From the NCBI GenBank assembly GCA_019057635.1, contig DXJL01000104.1, forward strand, positions 1-64,000: a stretch of DNA of 64,000 nt. The letters run 5' to 3'. The position numbers were made by a program, and so were the translations under genes. The stretch is from Candidatus Heimdallarchaeota archaeon. GTDB taxonomy: Archaea > Asgardarchaeota > Heimdallarchaeia > Hodarchaeales > Hodarchaeaceae. Each line of letters opens with the position of its first letter. The stretch's first letter is position 1. The notes beneath the pieces were generated by a model. It saw only the letters and a list, made by a program, of their open reading frames with translations. It had not been told where the DNA came from and searched no databases. Of this stretch, positions 20,742 through 30,468 are shown piece by piece.

Positions 20742-21773
20742 GTGGAATCAGACCAACGGCGACTATATCTTAATAATTGGGCTTTAATGACTTCAGACAA
20801 TCGTATAATGTGGTCCTTCGGTGATATCAACCAAGAAAAGCAAGAAATGACACTTGATTTTATCACAGCATTATCTAAACTCGGTCATGAAGTTTGGGGG
20901 AAGGATCAATCAATAGGCACAATTCGATTACGGTATGCTACTCCTCATCCAAGTCATGCTCGAGAAATTTTGATCATTGACTTACATCGGGAATATAATA
21001 TTGTTATTTCTGATCCTCTAGTTACTACAAGACTTATGAGCAAGATTACTGTGGATGATGATCAATCTCAAGATTTTGATAATATTAGGAGTATTTTAGC
21101 TGGTTCAGCTGCGGTAACTTACTCAAAATTCTTTTCAGAGGGGAATACTCTAGAACCTTCCATTGTTGATGAAATCTTCCAAGAAGCTGTTACTGCTGTA
21201 ACTTTTAATAAAAAAGTAACTGTGGGGAATGGAGAATGCTCATTTTCAGCTCTTTCAGTCGAGGAACTCCTCTTTTTCCATGCACTGTTAAAAAACTTAT
21301 TCGAATCTTACTCTCACTATTCTAATTTTCCCCAGACTTCTCCTTGGGGAGTTGTACATTCTAGCACAGGTGCTCAAGTTTATCTTGAACATGAACCTCC
21401 AATAGATGGGGCTTTAATTAGTGCATTTTCCTCTGTAACCGCTACGTACTGTAATCTTCTTTTTTCTGCATATCCGTCTCGTCTTGTTTTTGGCTATGAT
21501 GCCTCTTTGGGTATGGAGTTTATAACGACAACAAATAATATTTTTGTAATTAATAACCCTCAACGACTTTTAAAACTCCAACGTTTCATCCGTCAATGGA
21601 AAAAAGTACCCAAACACATCAAAGAAGACCTCATTCCGGCAATGAAGTCATATTTTGTCGAATTAGCAATTTTAGAAGAGCGCCAGCGTCTTAAATCACT
21701 TGAATTTCACCAAGTTATCAACAATTTAACGCATATGGGTATTCGTAGAGCAAGGGAGTATAAAGAATTATAA
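20742..21773 (+). CDS. Hypothetical protein with two putative longin/roadblock-like domains
   Basis: 343-aa ORF with two beta-beta-alpha-beta-beta-beta-alpha-like segments (LDFITALSKLGHEV; DGALISAFSSVTATY). The fold call is inference. Confidence 0.55.
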   Translation: MESDQRRLYLNNWALMTSDNRIMWSFGDINQEKQEMTLDFITALSKLGHEVWGKDQSIGTIRLRYATPHPSHAREILIIDLHREYNIVISDPLVTTRLMSKITVDDDQSQDFDNIRSILAGSAAVTYSKFFSEGNTLEPSIVDEIFQEAVTAVTFNKKVTVGNGECSFSALSVEELLFFHALLKNLFESYSHYSNFPQTSPWGVVHSSTGAQVYLEHEPPIDGALISAFSSVTATYCNLLFSAYPSRLVFGYDASLGMEFITTTNNIFVINNPQRLLKLQRFIRQWKKVPKHIKEDLIPAMKSYFVELAILEERQRLKSLEFHQVINNLTHMGIRRAREYKEL

Positions 21774-22223
21774 GGAACCTGATATATCTGCAATTAATGG
21801 ATGGGTACAATCTATTAGCTCCTCAACTGATAAAAACAAATTTTGGCCTAACTCTCCACCTCCTCCATATACATTTTGTTGATTTAAGACAAGTTCATCA
21901 AGGATTGCAGGAATTTCAAGACTAATCGGAGGAACATCTCCAACAGAATAACCTGTATACTTTTTAACTTCTTTAGGTGAGGCTAACTTAATATCTTTTA
22001 CAAGTAATAGTTTTTTCAACTTTGATGTCTTAATTTTCCTATTTCCTTGCAGAATAACTAAATAAACCATATTAGATGAATCTATAACGACAATTGACTT
22101 TATTATCTCTTCACTACTGCATCTAAGTGCCTTACAAGTTTCTTCTACTGTTCGCGTTGAGGCATCGACCGTAATTATTGAAGCTAGTAATCCTTTTTCT
22201 CTAATATAATCTAGTAAATTCAT
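21768..22223 (-). CDS. YbaK/EbsC aminoacyl-tRNA deacylase family
   Basis: IIKSIVV, LASPKEVKKYTGYSVGDVPP and VYGGGG. Confidence 0.9.
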   Translation of the reverse strand: MNLLDYIREKGLLASIITVDASTRTVEETCKALRCSSEEIIKSIVVIDSSNMVYLVILQGNRKIKTSKLKKLLLVKDIKLASPKEVKKYTGYSVGDVPPISLEIPAILDELVLNQQNVYGGGGELGQNLFLSVEELIDCTHPLIADISGSL

Positions 22224-22288
22224 CGCAAATCCCTATAAAATACAGAATTCAGAGAGCTAAACCTAATTAGTTTTGTTTAAAAATATGC

Positions 22289-22849
22289 ATGAATATCTTC
22301 CTTATTATGTTATTTGGTCAGAATATCTACTTACGTGGTTTAGAACTTTCCGATGTACCTGAACTCATGAAACACTGGAACAATCGTGAGTTAAAACAAT
22401 TTTTAAACAAAATCACACCACAATCGATCCAAGAAGAAGAACAATGGATTCGGAATACTTGGAATGAGAGAAAGAATGGCAATTCCTATGTATTTGGAAT
22501 ATGTCTTGTCGAAACTGATCTTTATATTGGAAATAGTGAAGTGAGAATACTTGACACAATAAGTCGTCGTGGGAACTTGGGAATATCTATATTTAATCCT
22601 GATTATTGGAACAAGGGATATGGAACAGAGGCTATTCGATTAATCCTTGATTATTCATTTACAACATTAAATTTACATTCTGCAGAATTGGAAGTATTCT
22701 CTAATAATCCACGAGCTCAACGTTGTTATGAAAAAAACGGATTTAAGAAGACTGGAGTCCGTCGGGAAGCTCTCTTTCGAGATGGGAAGTATATTGACAT
22801 CTTTTTACTTGATATCACGAAGAAAGAATGGAATAACCTGAATATCTAG
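22289..22849 (+). CDS. GNAT acetyltransferase (RimJ/RimL/SpeG-like)
   Basis: YWNKGYGTEA, LNLHS and NPRAQRCYEKNGF. Confidence 0.9.
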   Translation: MNIFLIMLFGQNIYLRGLELSDVPELMKHWNNRELKQFLNKITPQSIQEEEQWIRNTWNERKNGNSYVFGICLVETDLYIGNSEVRILDTISRRGNLGISIFNPDYWNKGYGTEAIRLILDYSFTTLNLHSAELEVFSNNPRAQRCYEKNGFKKTGVRREALFRDGKYIDIFLLDITKKEWNNLNI

Positions 22850-22861
22850 TAGAAATCAGAT

Positions 22862-23590
22862 TCATTTCACACTTTTTGGCTTATTAATTGAATTTTGGAT
22901 TTGCATGAGTTCAGGTTGTGTTTGGTTGTACTGTCCATAGATACACTGACTTTCTAACGGGCATTGCTCACAAAGAGGAAGAATTTTCTGACAGAATTGT
23001 TGACAGTGACTGACAATTAAGGCATGAAATTTCCCTAAAACGTAGTAATCTCGGTCGAGAGAGTTAGAGATAATTTCCTGAATATTTTCATATTTTTCTT
23101 TCAAGTATTTGACCTTACCAAACATCCTGGCAATAAATCTCCTTGTATAAGTTCCAACAATTGGTACTGCTTCGTAAAAGCAGTATACTAGTAGAGAATC
23201 AGCTGTTTCCTTCCCAACACCCTTTATTCGCAACAAATCATTTCTAGATGGGGTTTTTGATCCTTTGGAATAATCAAGAAAAATTTCAGCTAATGAATAC
23301 AGAGACTGTGCTTTTTGTTTATAGAATCCTGCTGGTCGTATTAGCACCTCAAGTTGTGCACATTTAACAGCCTTGAGACGCTTAAAAGAAGTAATATTAT
23401 GCTTAAAGAGATTTGAAATTGCTAAATCCACATTTATCCAATTTGTATTTTGGACAAGAATGGTTCCAATTGCTACTTCGAATAATTCTTCTTCTGACTT
23501 TTTCTTGAGCCAAAGCATCCAAGTCTCGTGATGTGGATCGATCCGATTATAGGACATGGATAGTGACTGATATAGATCATTTAATTCCAT
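22862..23590 (-). CDS. Endonuclease III-related HhH-GPD protein
   Basis: ILVQNTNW, IRPAGFYKQKA, HhH LLRIKGVGKETADS and the FeS loop CQKILPLCEQCPLESQC. Confidence 0.9.
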   Translation of the reverse strand: MELNDLYQSLSMSYNRIDPHHETWMLWLKKKSEEELFEVAIGTILVQNTNWINVDLAISNLFKHNITSFKRLKAVKCAQLEVLIRPAGFYKQKAQSLYSLAEIFLDYSKGSKTPSRNDLLRIKGVGKETADSLLVYCFYEAVPIVGTYTRRFIARMFGKVKYLKEKYENIQEIISNSLDRDYYVLGKFHALIVSHCQQFCQKILPLCEQCPLESQCIYGQYNQTQPELMQIQNSINKPKSVK

Positions 23591-23819
23591 ACAAACTTCT
23601 CTTTACAGTATTTGATTATAATAAATTTTTGATCATCAGATAATCTGTTTATCACTCGCAATGGATATTTTACTAAGTCCGTTGATTCAAACTTCTGAGT
23701 CATTCCCAAAACGAATTGTTAATAAATCCCTACTTCATCCAATAATTAATTGCTCCTCCTTTCCTTCGAACGTCAAATTGTCGGGCAAGGTTAGGGAACG
23801 ATAAACATTTTGGGATGAT

Positions 23820-24263
23820 TTGTCTAGTCAGACTCTTATAGTAAGAAATGGTGTTTTGATTTGTATGTCTGGTCATGAATCAGAAGTTCAATTAGAGACT
23901 ATCGCGTGGCAGGTGATGATTGTTTCCGTTTTTCGACATACAGAGCGGCAAACTTTAAATTTATTACTCTCTCTTTTAGGTATTTCATCAATAGAGGATG
24001 CAACGCGTCTTCTAGAGCAAATATTTAAACTAATAAGAAAGGGTATGATATACATTCCCGAAGCTAGGCTAGAAATATTTCATGAAGCGCCTGAATTAGT
24101 AGATGTGTATTTGATCAAAGAATTTGACGTTGCAATGAGATCTTTAGTTAAAGAACTATCTGAACTTAGAGTGAGATTAAGTCAAGTTGAGGAGTTAGAT
24201 TTCATTCCTCAAAAGGTTCACATTGACTGGAAAAATTATGTAGAGGGTAAATATATCCACTAA
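23820..24263 (+). CDS. Hypothetical protein (possible winged helix plus short coiled coil)
   Basis: 147-aa ORF; no family recognised. Confidence 0.5.
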   Translation: MSSQTLIVRNGVLICMSGHESEVQLETIAWQVMIVSVFRHTERQTLNLLLSLLGISSIEDATRLLEQIFKLIRKGMIYIPEARLEIFHEAPELVDVYLIKEFDVAMRSLVKELSELRVRLSQVEELDFIPQKVHIDWKNYVEGKYIH

Positions 24264-24419
24264 CGGAAGAATTACTAACCTTCTCGAAGTAATTATTTCC
24301 ATTAAACTAATTGTGGTTATAACCCATAAGTTCCCTCAGATTTTTATTCCTCTCTCAACCCTCCTTCAATCCTCCTCAGTGAATATCCTCTGAAATACAT
24401 CTAATGGATTAGTTCTCAA

Positions 24420-24629
24420 ATGACCAAAATATCAGTCGAAGTTCCCCAACACATACTAGATGATCTTCAACTCCATATTGGAACCGATAAGAAATATGTA
24501 AGCCTTAGTGATGCCATTCGCGCTGCATTACGTAAGTTATTAGATACTCTAGATGAAATTGATAATCGACATGGAAGAAGACCCGAATCTCAGCCTGAAA
24601 TAAACCCCTACAATTCACCTTCTGAATAG
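24420..24629 (+). CDS. Ribbon-helix-helix (CopG/Arc-like) regulator
   Basis: KISVEVPQHILDDL...YVSLSDAIRAALRKLL. Confidence 0.85.
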   Translation: MTKISVEVPQHILDDLQLHIGTDKKYVSLSDAIRAALRKLLDTLDEIDNRHGRRPESQPEINPYNSPSE

Positions 24630-24652
24630 GAATTAACTGGAGCAGAAAAACC

Positions 24653-25414
24653 TTGGAAACATTGATAATCTCAATTGGTATCTTTATAACACTTGGAATA
24701 TTTACATACATAACCGCAAAATACACAGCGATAACAAATTCATATTATGGATTGTTAGCAAGTTATATTCTCTTTCTTACTCTCGCCCAATTCTTTGCCA
24801 CGAAGATAGCAGTGTTTAATCTTGATTTCATTTTACTTGGAGAATTTAAAGCTCCAGTGGGAGTGATAGTCTTCCCTTTTACACTGCAGATAACTGATAT
24901 GGTTAATGAAAAATTTGGCCGAAAAGCCGTTTATAATATGATATGGATCGCATTGGTTTGTCAAATTGTAATGGTTATCTTTTTGATATTTGCCTCATAT
25001 TTACCTGTAGTTAATGAGCCAGATCCTTTCGCTGCATTTGCAATTGTCCCTGCAATTACTCTTGCATCCTGGACAAGCTTTCTCATTAGTGAAAGATTCG
25101 ATGCTTGGATATATGACAATATTAGAGAGTGGATACGAAATAGAACTCAAGACGATGACGATTGGTGGAAATATCTTTGGATTCGAAACGTATTTAGCGA
25201 TGTACTCAGCTTAGGTCTCGATTCGATAATTTTTGTCCCATTGGCCTTCTATGTCTTACCCAGTATTCAAGGATTCATTGATACAACAATACAACCTGCA
25301 GACATTGATTTCGTTTTGGTGTTAATTCTCGGCCAAGTGGCTATTAAATGGTTCTTAGGAGTGATCGATACTCCGTTCATGTATCTAACACGATGGATAT
25401 ATGATAAGAATTAG
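24653..25414 (+). CDS. Queuosine/preQ0 precursor transporter (VUT/YhhQ family)
   Basis: FPFTLQITDMVNEKFGRK, SFLISERFDAWIY, LWIRN.FS...LDSIIF and DTPFMY. Confidence 0.9.
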   Translation: METLIISIGIFITLGIFTYITAKYTAITNSYYGLLASYILFLTLAQFFATKIAVFNLDFILLGEFKAPVGVIVFPFTLQITDMVNEKFGRKAVYNMIWIALVCQIVMVIFLIFASYLPVVNEPDPFAAFAIVPAITLASWTSFLISERFDAWIYDNIREWIRNRTQDDDDWWKYLWIRNVFSDVLSLGLDSIIFVPLAFYVLPSIQGFIDTTIQPADIDFVLVLILGQVAIKWFLGVIDTPFMYLTRWIYDKN

Positions 25415-25420
25415 AATGAA

Positions 25421-27544
25421 TTAATCTTGAGAGAAGATTTCCAATACATCTTTAATTGAAATATTCTCCCCCCTTAATTCAATTGAATGGTGATATTGAG
25501 TATAAAATTTGAGTCCTACACCCATTTTAAGGACAAAACAGTCAATTTCTGACAGATCCATAATTGTATCATGTAAAATACTTAATTTTTCATTTATCTC
25601 ACTTTTTGCTTCTTTGATAACCTCTTTCCATTCTTTCGTCAAAACCTCATCTAACTGCTTTCTACAAACAAATATTACATCAATTCCGATGCTTTTGGTT
25701 CCTCTAATCTGAGTGCTTGTTTTCATTTCTGAATGGACTGGATAAATGCTTTTTATTATGAACTTTTGCTCTATTAGGCTATTTATTAATTTAACCCATG
25801 CATCTAACTCTTTATGATGGAACGTAAAGATAAGTAAGCCATCGTCTTTCATAACTCTTGATATCTCTTGAAAAACAGCTGTAAGTTCTACTTGATATTG
25901 TTCACCTGATTTTCCTCTCTTTATATTCTTTACAATTTCAGTATCTTTTGGTGTATATTCTGGTACAAACCAAGGGTATGAATTTTGTAAACCCAGTCTT
26001 AGCCATACATAGTAGAAATCAGCCAGCTCTGCATATTGTACATTATCGTAATACGGGGGATCAGTAACGACGAGATCAATCGATTTCCCAGATAGGGGAA
26101 TTTCAGTAGACGAATGACAGTATAAATGAACGAGTTTAGAGTTATCTATGGTATCAATAGTTCTAGAATTGAAATTAACCTCTGCTACAATTGGGTGATT
26201 CATTTGTTTCCGAGTTGTTTTTCCAGAAGAATCAATGTAAACCTCGTAAGGGGCCTTTGAATACATTTTTACCTTTATCATCTTCTTGAAAAAATTCTTG
26301 AAAGTCCCTGTTCCATAACGTGCTCCCCATGGATTATTTTCGCATGGATTCAACGTAGCGGGATATGCATGTTTTCTAAATAAATTGTAGACATAATGAT
26401 TTTTTCGATGGTACTCACATAATAGATTATTATATTCAAGAGCCGTAGAAAAAGTTATAAGCAAAAACTCTCTAATATTTTGATCTGCTATTTCAAGTAT
26501 GGCTTGCAAAAGCCTACCTAGTGATAAAAGCTGTCGTTTATTGTACATGTCAGTGAAATAGGTAATCTGATGATTCAACAGTTCTTGAGTCTTTGCTCCA
26601 GGGGGTATTTTTTGTTGAGGTAGAGGTAAACGATCTTGTAATGAGTTAAATTCCGATTCTGCTTGCTTAAATAGATCTAAATCGTCTTCATTAGCTGTTT
26701 TAAATCCTCGGGTTTTACATTCAGTACAATAGAATTCAAGAGCATAGAGTCTTTCAAAAGGTTTTCCTTGACTCTTATTTACATTAACAATTCGTCCTGT
26801 GTGTTGACATGAAGGACAGAAATAGCGTCCCCTTTTTACATAAAAGTCTGATGCTGCAAAACTTGTTGAGCACTTTGGGCACAAACAACTAGCCTTTCTA
26901 TCAGTTAAAAATAGTTGATTGCATTCAGGGCAAATTACATACTGCGTTGTTGCATCTTTTCTATTATACGCAAAGAGAAAACTGCGAAATAGCGGGATAT
27001 TGTGTTGACATTTTTCACATTTAATTTCTTTAATCCAGAAATGGTACATGACGTCAGCGATGCTAGAACAAAATGAACATTGGGATTTATAGTATCGCTG
27101 AATATCTAGCTTAACATTTTTTGAGATATTATCAAATTCTTTCTGTAGTAAACTTATTTCTGCATCTTCGATTTCCTTTTTGACAGTAAACCATGCAACG
27201 GGATTTAAATCTCCTCCAATGACTTTGGCATAACCCAATCTCAATGCCTCAACAACAGTAGTCCCACCCCCCATAAAAGGATCTAGAACTGACATATTTG
27301 AGAAAGAGTGATCTTTTAAATATAAATCCCAAAAGGGAACCCCTCCAGTTTTTTTAGTGTGAGCTAGTGGTTTAATACTTGCGTATATCAATATAGAGCG
27401 AAAAACAGATCCTAGTCTACGGGCAAACCATTTATGAAGAGTTAAGATTGGACGATAGTACCTCTTTGCATTGCTTTCGCGATTAGCAATCTCACTGACT
27501 TGAGAGAAGGGAAATTCTTTTTCGATTTCTTTCTCTTGGATCAA
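25421..27544 (-). CDS. DUF1156-type adenine DNA methyltransferase with Zn ribbons (paralog 2)
   Basis: HKWFARR, LDPFMGGGT, DLNPVAW, several CxxC pairs, TDPPYYD and FTFHH. The likely start TTG at 27544 overlaps the tdk stop (TTGA); the ORF track starts at 27583. Confidence 0.9.
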   Translation of the reverse strand: MIQEKEIEKEFPFSQVSEIANRESNAKRYYRPILTLHKWFARRLGSVFRSILIYASIKPLAHTKKTGGVPFWDLYLKDHSFSNMSVLDPFMGGGTTVVEALRLGYAKVIGGDLNPVAWFTVKKEIEDAEISLLQKEFDNISKNVKLDIQRYYKSQCSFCSSIADVMYHFWIKEIKCEKCQHNIPLFRSFLFAYNRKDATTQYVICPECNQLFLTDRKASCLCPKCSTSFAASDFYVKRGRYFCPSCQHTGRIVNVNKSQGKPFERLYALEFYCTECKTRGFKTANEDDLDLFKQAESEFNSLQDRLPLPQQKIPPGAKTQELLNHQITYFTDMYNKRQLLSLGRLLQAILEIADQNIREFLLITFSTALEYNNLLCEYHRKNHYVYNLFRKHAYPATLNPCENNPWGARYGTGTFKNFFKKMIKVKMYSKAPYEVYIDSSGKTTRKQMNHPIVAEVNFNSRTIDTIDNSKLVHLYCHSSTEIPLSGKSIDLVVTDPPYYDNVQYAELADFYYVWLRLGLQNSYPWFVPEYTPKDTEIVKNIKRGKSGEQYQVELTAVFQEISRVMKDDGLLIFTFHHKELDAWVKLINSLIEQKFIIKSIYPVHSEMKTSTQIRGTKSIGIDVIFVCRKQLDEVLTKEWKEVIKEAKSEINEKLSILHDTIMDLSEIDCFVLKMGVGLKFYTQYHHSIELRGENISIKDVLEIFSQD

Positions 27545-28149
27545 GTTTTGGGTTTCTTGGGTACCTGGTGGTGATTTACGCATCTTGGCTCATAATTATC
27601 TGATTGTCCTGATTTTTCAATTAAGACTAGCGGACTGTCATAAGGACTGGGCTTTCCATCTATCAATCGCTGAGTAAGGACGGCCCAATGATTGCAGTTT
27701 GGATATTCACATATTGCAGTGAGCCGAGTCACGTGATTTGCTCTTCCAACTAACGAGGGCATTGGTCCAAATGGTTCTCCGCGAAAACTCAATAATAATC
27801 CACAAACAATGACGTGATATTCTTTTTTGATCAAATCTTCTACAACATCAACTAGATTATCTGTAAAGAATTGAGCTTCATCAATTCCAACGAATTTACA
27901 TTCTAGAGTCTCTAAATGGGACAATATCTTTTCAGGATATTTTTCATCTATTACAATTGCTTCTAGCTGCATATTACTGCCCCTCGACGCAATTCCAGGC
28001 TCTCGGGTGTTGACTGCAGGTTTAAATACGATACCTTTAATATCTGAATACCGTAACTCGTTGAACATACGAATTAAATATTCGCTTTTCCCAGATTTCA
28101 TCGGTCCGAAGATTGCTTCGAGATATCCAGGTTTATAGATTTCTGGCAA
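27541..28149 (-). CDS. tdk: Thymidine kinase (type II)
   Basis: GPMKSGKS, FKPAVNTR, GIDEAQFF, FRGEPFG, LTAIC and YEPRCVNH. Confidence 0.95.
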   Translation of the reverse strand: MPEIYKPGYLEAIFGPMKSGKSEYLIRMFNELRYSDIKGIVFKPAVNTREPGIASRGSNMQLEAIVIDEKYPEKILSHLETLECKFVGIDEAQFFTDNLVDVVEDLIKKEYHVIVCGLLLSFRGEPFGPMPSLVGRANHVTRLTAICEYPNCNHWAVLTQRLIDGKPSPYDSPLVLIEKSGQSDNYEPRCVNHHQVPKKPKT

Positions 28150-28210
28150 TAAATATGACCTCCATTAGCGATTGACCTTTTAACTTGCTCTTTTCTTTTA
28201 AGGGAGGAGG

Positions 28211-30301
28211 TTATAAAAATTTCTTCATTTGAAATAGTTCAGCCAAAGTTTTTTTTAGATCATTTTCAGTACCGTGTAGTAAATAAAATGATAGTAATGG
28301 TAATATTTCTGCAAATAATTTCTCCCACTCTCCCTCTTTCCTTTTTCCATATTTATCTGAAAATTTCTGAAATTTTACTTTGATTTCCTCCTCTATTGAG
28401 GTACATGTGTCCACTGTGATCGGAGTATCATCTTCTGTTGTTTTTCTAGCTACTAGAATTATATCGAAATTACTACCTGTGACGGGTCGGGCACGAAATT
28501 CGCTAATTATAGGGAAAGCTGCTTTGAGTAGAAACTGGCTTTCATTTAAAGCTTTAAGTATTAAGCTCCATGCTTTCGGATTAGAATGATGGAAAGTGAA
28601 TATTAAAGGAGATTTATCTTTTAATACCCGACGACATTCTCTAAAGACCTTAATTAATTGAGAAACAAATAATAAATCATCTTTTTGTAATCCAATTTCT
28701 TCTTCACTGATGATAGTGGAGGATTCAAACCATGAATATGTTTCTTTTAAAGCTAACCGCAACCACACATAGAAAAAATTTGCTAATTCGCTATATTGTA
28801 TATAATCAAAGTATGGTGGATCAGTCAAGACTAAATCGACAGATTGATCAGGAATACCATACTTCATCAGGTTAATGGACGTACCTGCAATTAACAAAGT
28901 GTCGGCGTTGACACTCTCTTTAAGTTGATCAAAATTTTCAAGTATCTGAGCATGGATTCGATCACCAGGAATAGGTATGCGAGTAATTCGATTCTCTTGG
29001 ATTCTGATCTCAAATGGGGCTTCACAATATTCTTTTGCTCTTTTTATCTTTTCTAGATAAGTGATGAATGTTCCATTACCCTTATCAGTTCCCCAGACGT
29101 TATTCTCAACATACTGCAAAGGAACAAGGAATGATTGAAAATTAAAAACATTTACAATTTGTTTCATGGTATAATTATATGGAGAGAGCACGGTATGAAA
29201 TTCCAAGCTACTAGAAAAGGCACTAACAAAAAATTCTTTTAAGTTTTGATCTTTAATTAACAAGATGGTTTCTAGAAGTAAACTTAGGCTAAATAATTGT
29301 CGAGGATTGAATAAGGCTGCGAAAGTCTTAAAGCCGTAGTTGATTAGATTTTTTACATTTGACCCGCTTTCAGGAAGTATCTCTCTTGGATATGGTAAAT
29401 TCTCTTTTTGCTCTTCAAATAAATCAACGATTTTATTATAATTTTTAATATCCTCTTCATCCACCGATTTGTATCCTCTGTACCTACACTTTTTACAATA
29501 AAATTCAATAGCAATCTGTCTTGATGAGAATGATTGAACATTTTCCTTTACTATATCCACTAACCGGAATTCACTTTCACACTTTGTACACGTGAATATC
29601 TTCTTCTTACAGTTCCCCTTTTGCGGGATGAACTTTGTTTCACAATTGAGACAAGTACTTTGAGAAGAGAGATCCTCTCTAGTGGAAAACAACATGTGAC
29701 ATTCTGGACAAATTACTAATGTTTCTCGACTCTTACGTTGCATCTTCCCTATGATGTAATATTTGAATAAATCCTCATTCGATTGGCAACTAGGGCATTG
29801 AATAGTACGAACCCAAAATGTATACATAATGTCTGCGTGATGAGATCCACATTCAGAACATTTTGTCTGATAGAACTCTTTAATTCGTTTTCCCACGTGG
29901 TTAAAAATCCAAGTTATTTTTTGGTTGAATTTTTCTGTGTTTAAGCTATCAAGCTCCTTTTTTGTTGTGAACCAAGCAACAGGATTTAGATCAATACCAA
30001 TAGATTTTACCCCCAATCTATTAAGCTCAATCAGGCTTGTTCCTCCTCCACAGAAGGGATCCAAGACAATTTTTCCAGAAAAATTATGATTTCTATAGAA
30101 TGCTCCTTCGTCATCTTCTGTAGAGCTAAATAAGTGGGTATCTGAAAAGTGAGCTAAACCTATTGCTCGAAACGTTGATCCGGGTCTTCGTGCCCATGAT
30201 TTGTGAATTGAGTAAATCGGTCGATAGAATTGGCGTCTTTGCGACTCAACCTTTGCAATTTCTTGAATAGATGCAACAGGGAAATTTTTTTCTATAGGCA
30301 C
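28211..30301 (-). CDS. DUF1156-type adenine DNA methyltransferase with Zn ribbons (paralog 1)
   Basis: HKSWARR, LDPFCGGGT, DLNPVAW, CxxC clusters, TDPPYFD and FTFHH. Confidence 0.9.
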   Translation of the reverse strand: MPIEKNFPVASIQEIAKVESQRRQFYRPIYSIHKSWARRPGSTFRAIGLAHFSDTHLFSSTEDDEGAFYRNHNFSGKIVLDPFCGGGTSLIELNRLGVKSIGIDLNPVAWFTTKKELDSLNTEKFNQKITWIFNHVGKRIKEFYQTKCSECGSHHADIMYTFWVRTIQCPSCQSNEDLFKYYIIGKMQRKSRETLVICPECHMLFSTREDLSSQSTCLNCETKFIPQKGNCKKKIFTCTKCESEFRLVDIVKENVQSFSSRQIAIEFYCKKCRYRGYKSVDEEDIKNYNKIVDLFEEQKENLPYPREILPESGSNVKNLINYGFKTFAALFNPRQLFSLSLLLETILLIKDQNLKEFFVSAFSSSLEFHTVLSPYNYTMKQIVNVFNFQSFLVPLQYVENNVWGTDKGNGTFITYLEKIKRAKEYCEAPFEIRIQENRITRIPIPGDRIHAQILENFDQLKESVNADTLLIAGTSINLMKYGIPDQSVDLVLTDPPYFDYIQYSELANFFYVWLRLALKETYSWFESSTIISEEEIGLQKDDLLFVSQLIKVFRECRRVLKDKSPLIFTFHHSNPKAWSLILKALNESQFLLKAAFPIISEFRARPVTGSNFDIILVARKTTEDDTPITVDTCTSIEEEIKVKFQKFSDKYGKRKEGEWEKLFAEILPLLSFYLLHGTENDLKKTLAELFQMKKFL

Positions 30302-30468
30302 GAACTTTTCTCCTATTTACCACACTAGATAAGGTCTCACTTAGTCACCTGAACTCATAATTTCAGTTCATGATATTTTGGAGTTTAAATGACACCTTAA
30401 AATATTTAACGAGAAAATGCTATACTTACTATGATGTTGATTTAATATAAATTAATTGGTGTTTTATC

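Noticed and set aside
24330-24395. Pyrimidine-rich CCTC-repeating tract upstream of the RHH gene as an operator.
   Set aside because: The repeats are short and irregular, and cannot be distinguished from low-complexity sequence.
24653-25414. preQ0 transporter next to the MTase cassette, suggesting 7-deazaguanine DNA modification.
   Set aside because: It is convergent with the cassette, there are no dpdA/tgt or que genes in the window, and archaeosine salvage explains it simply.
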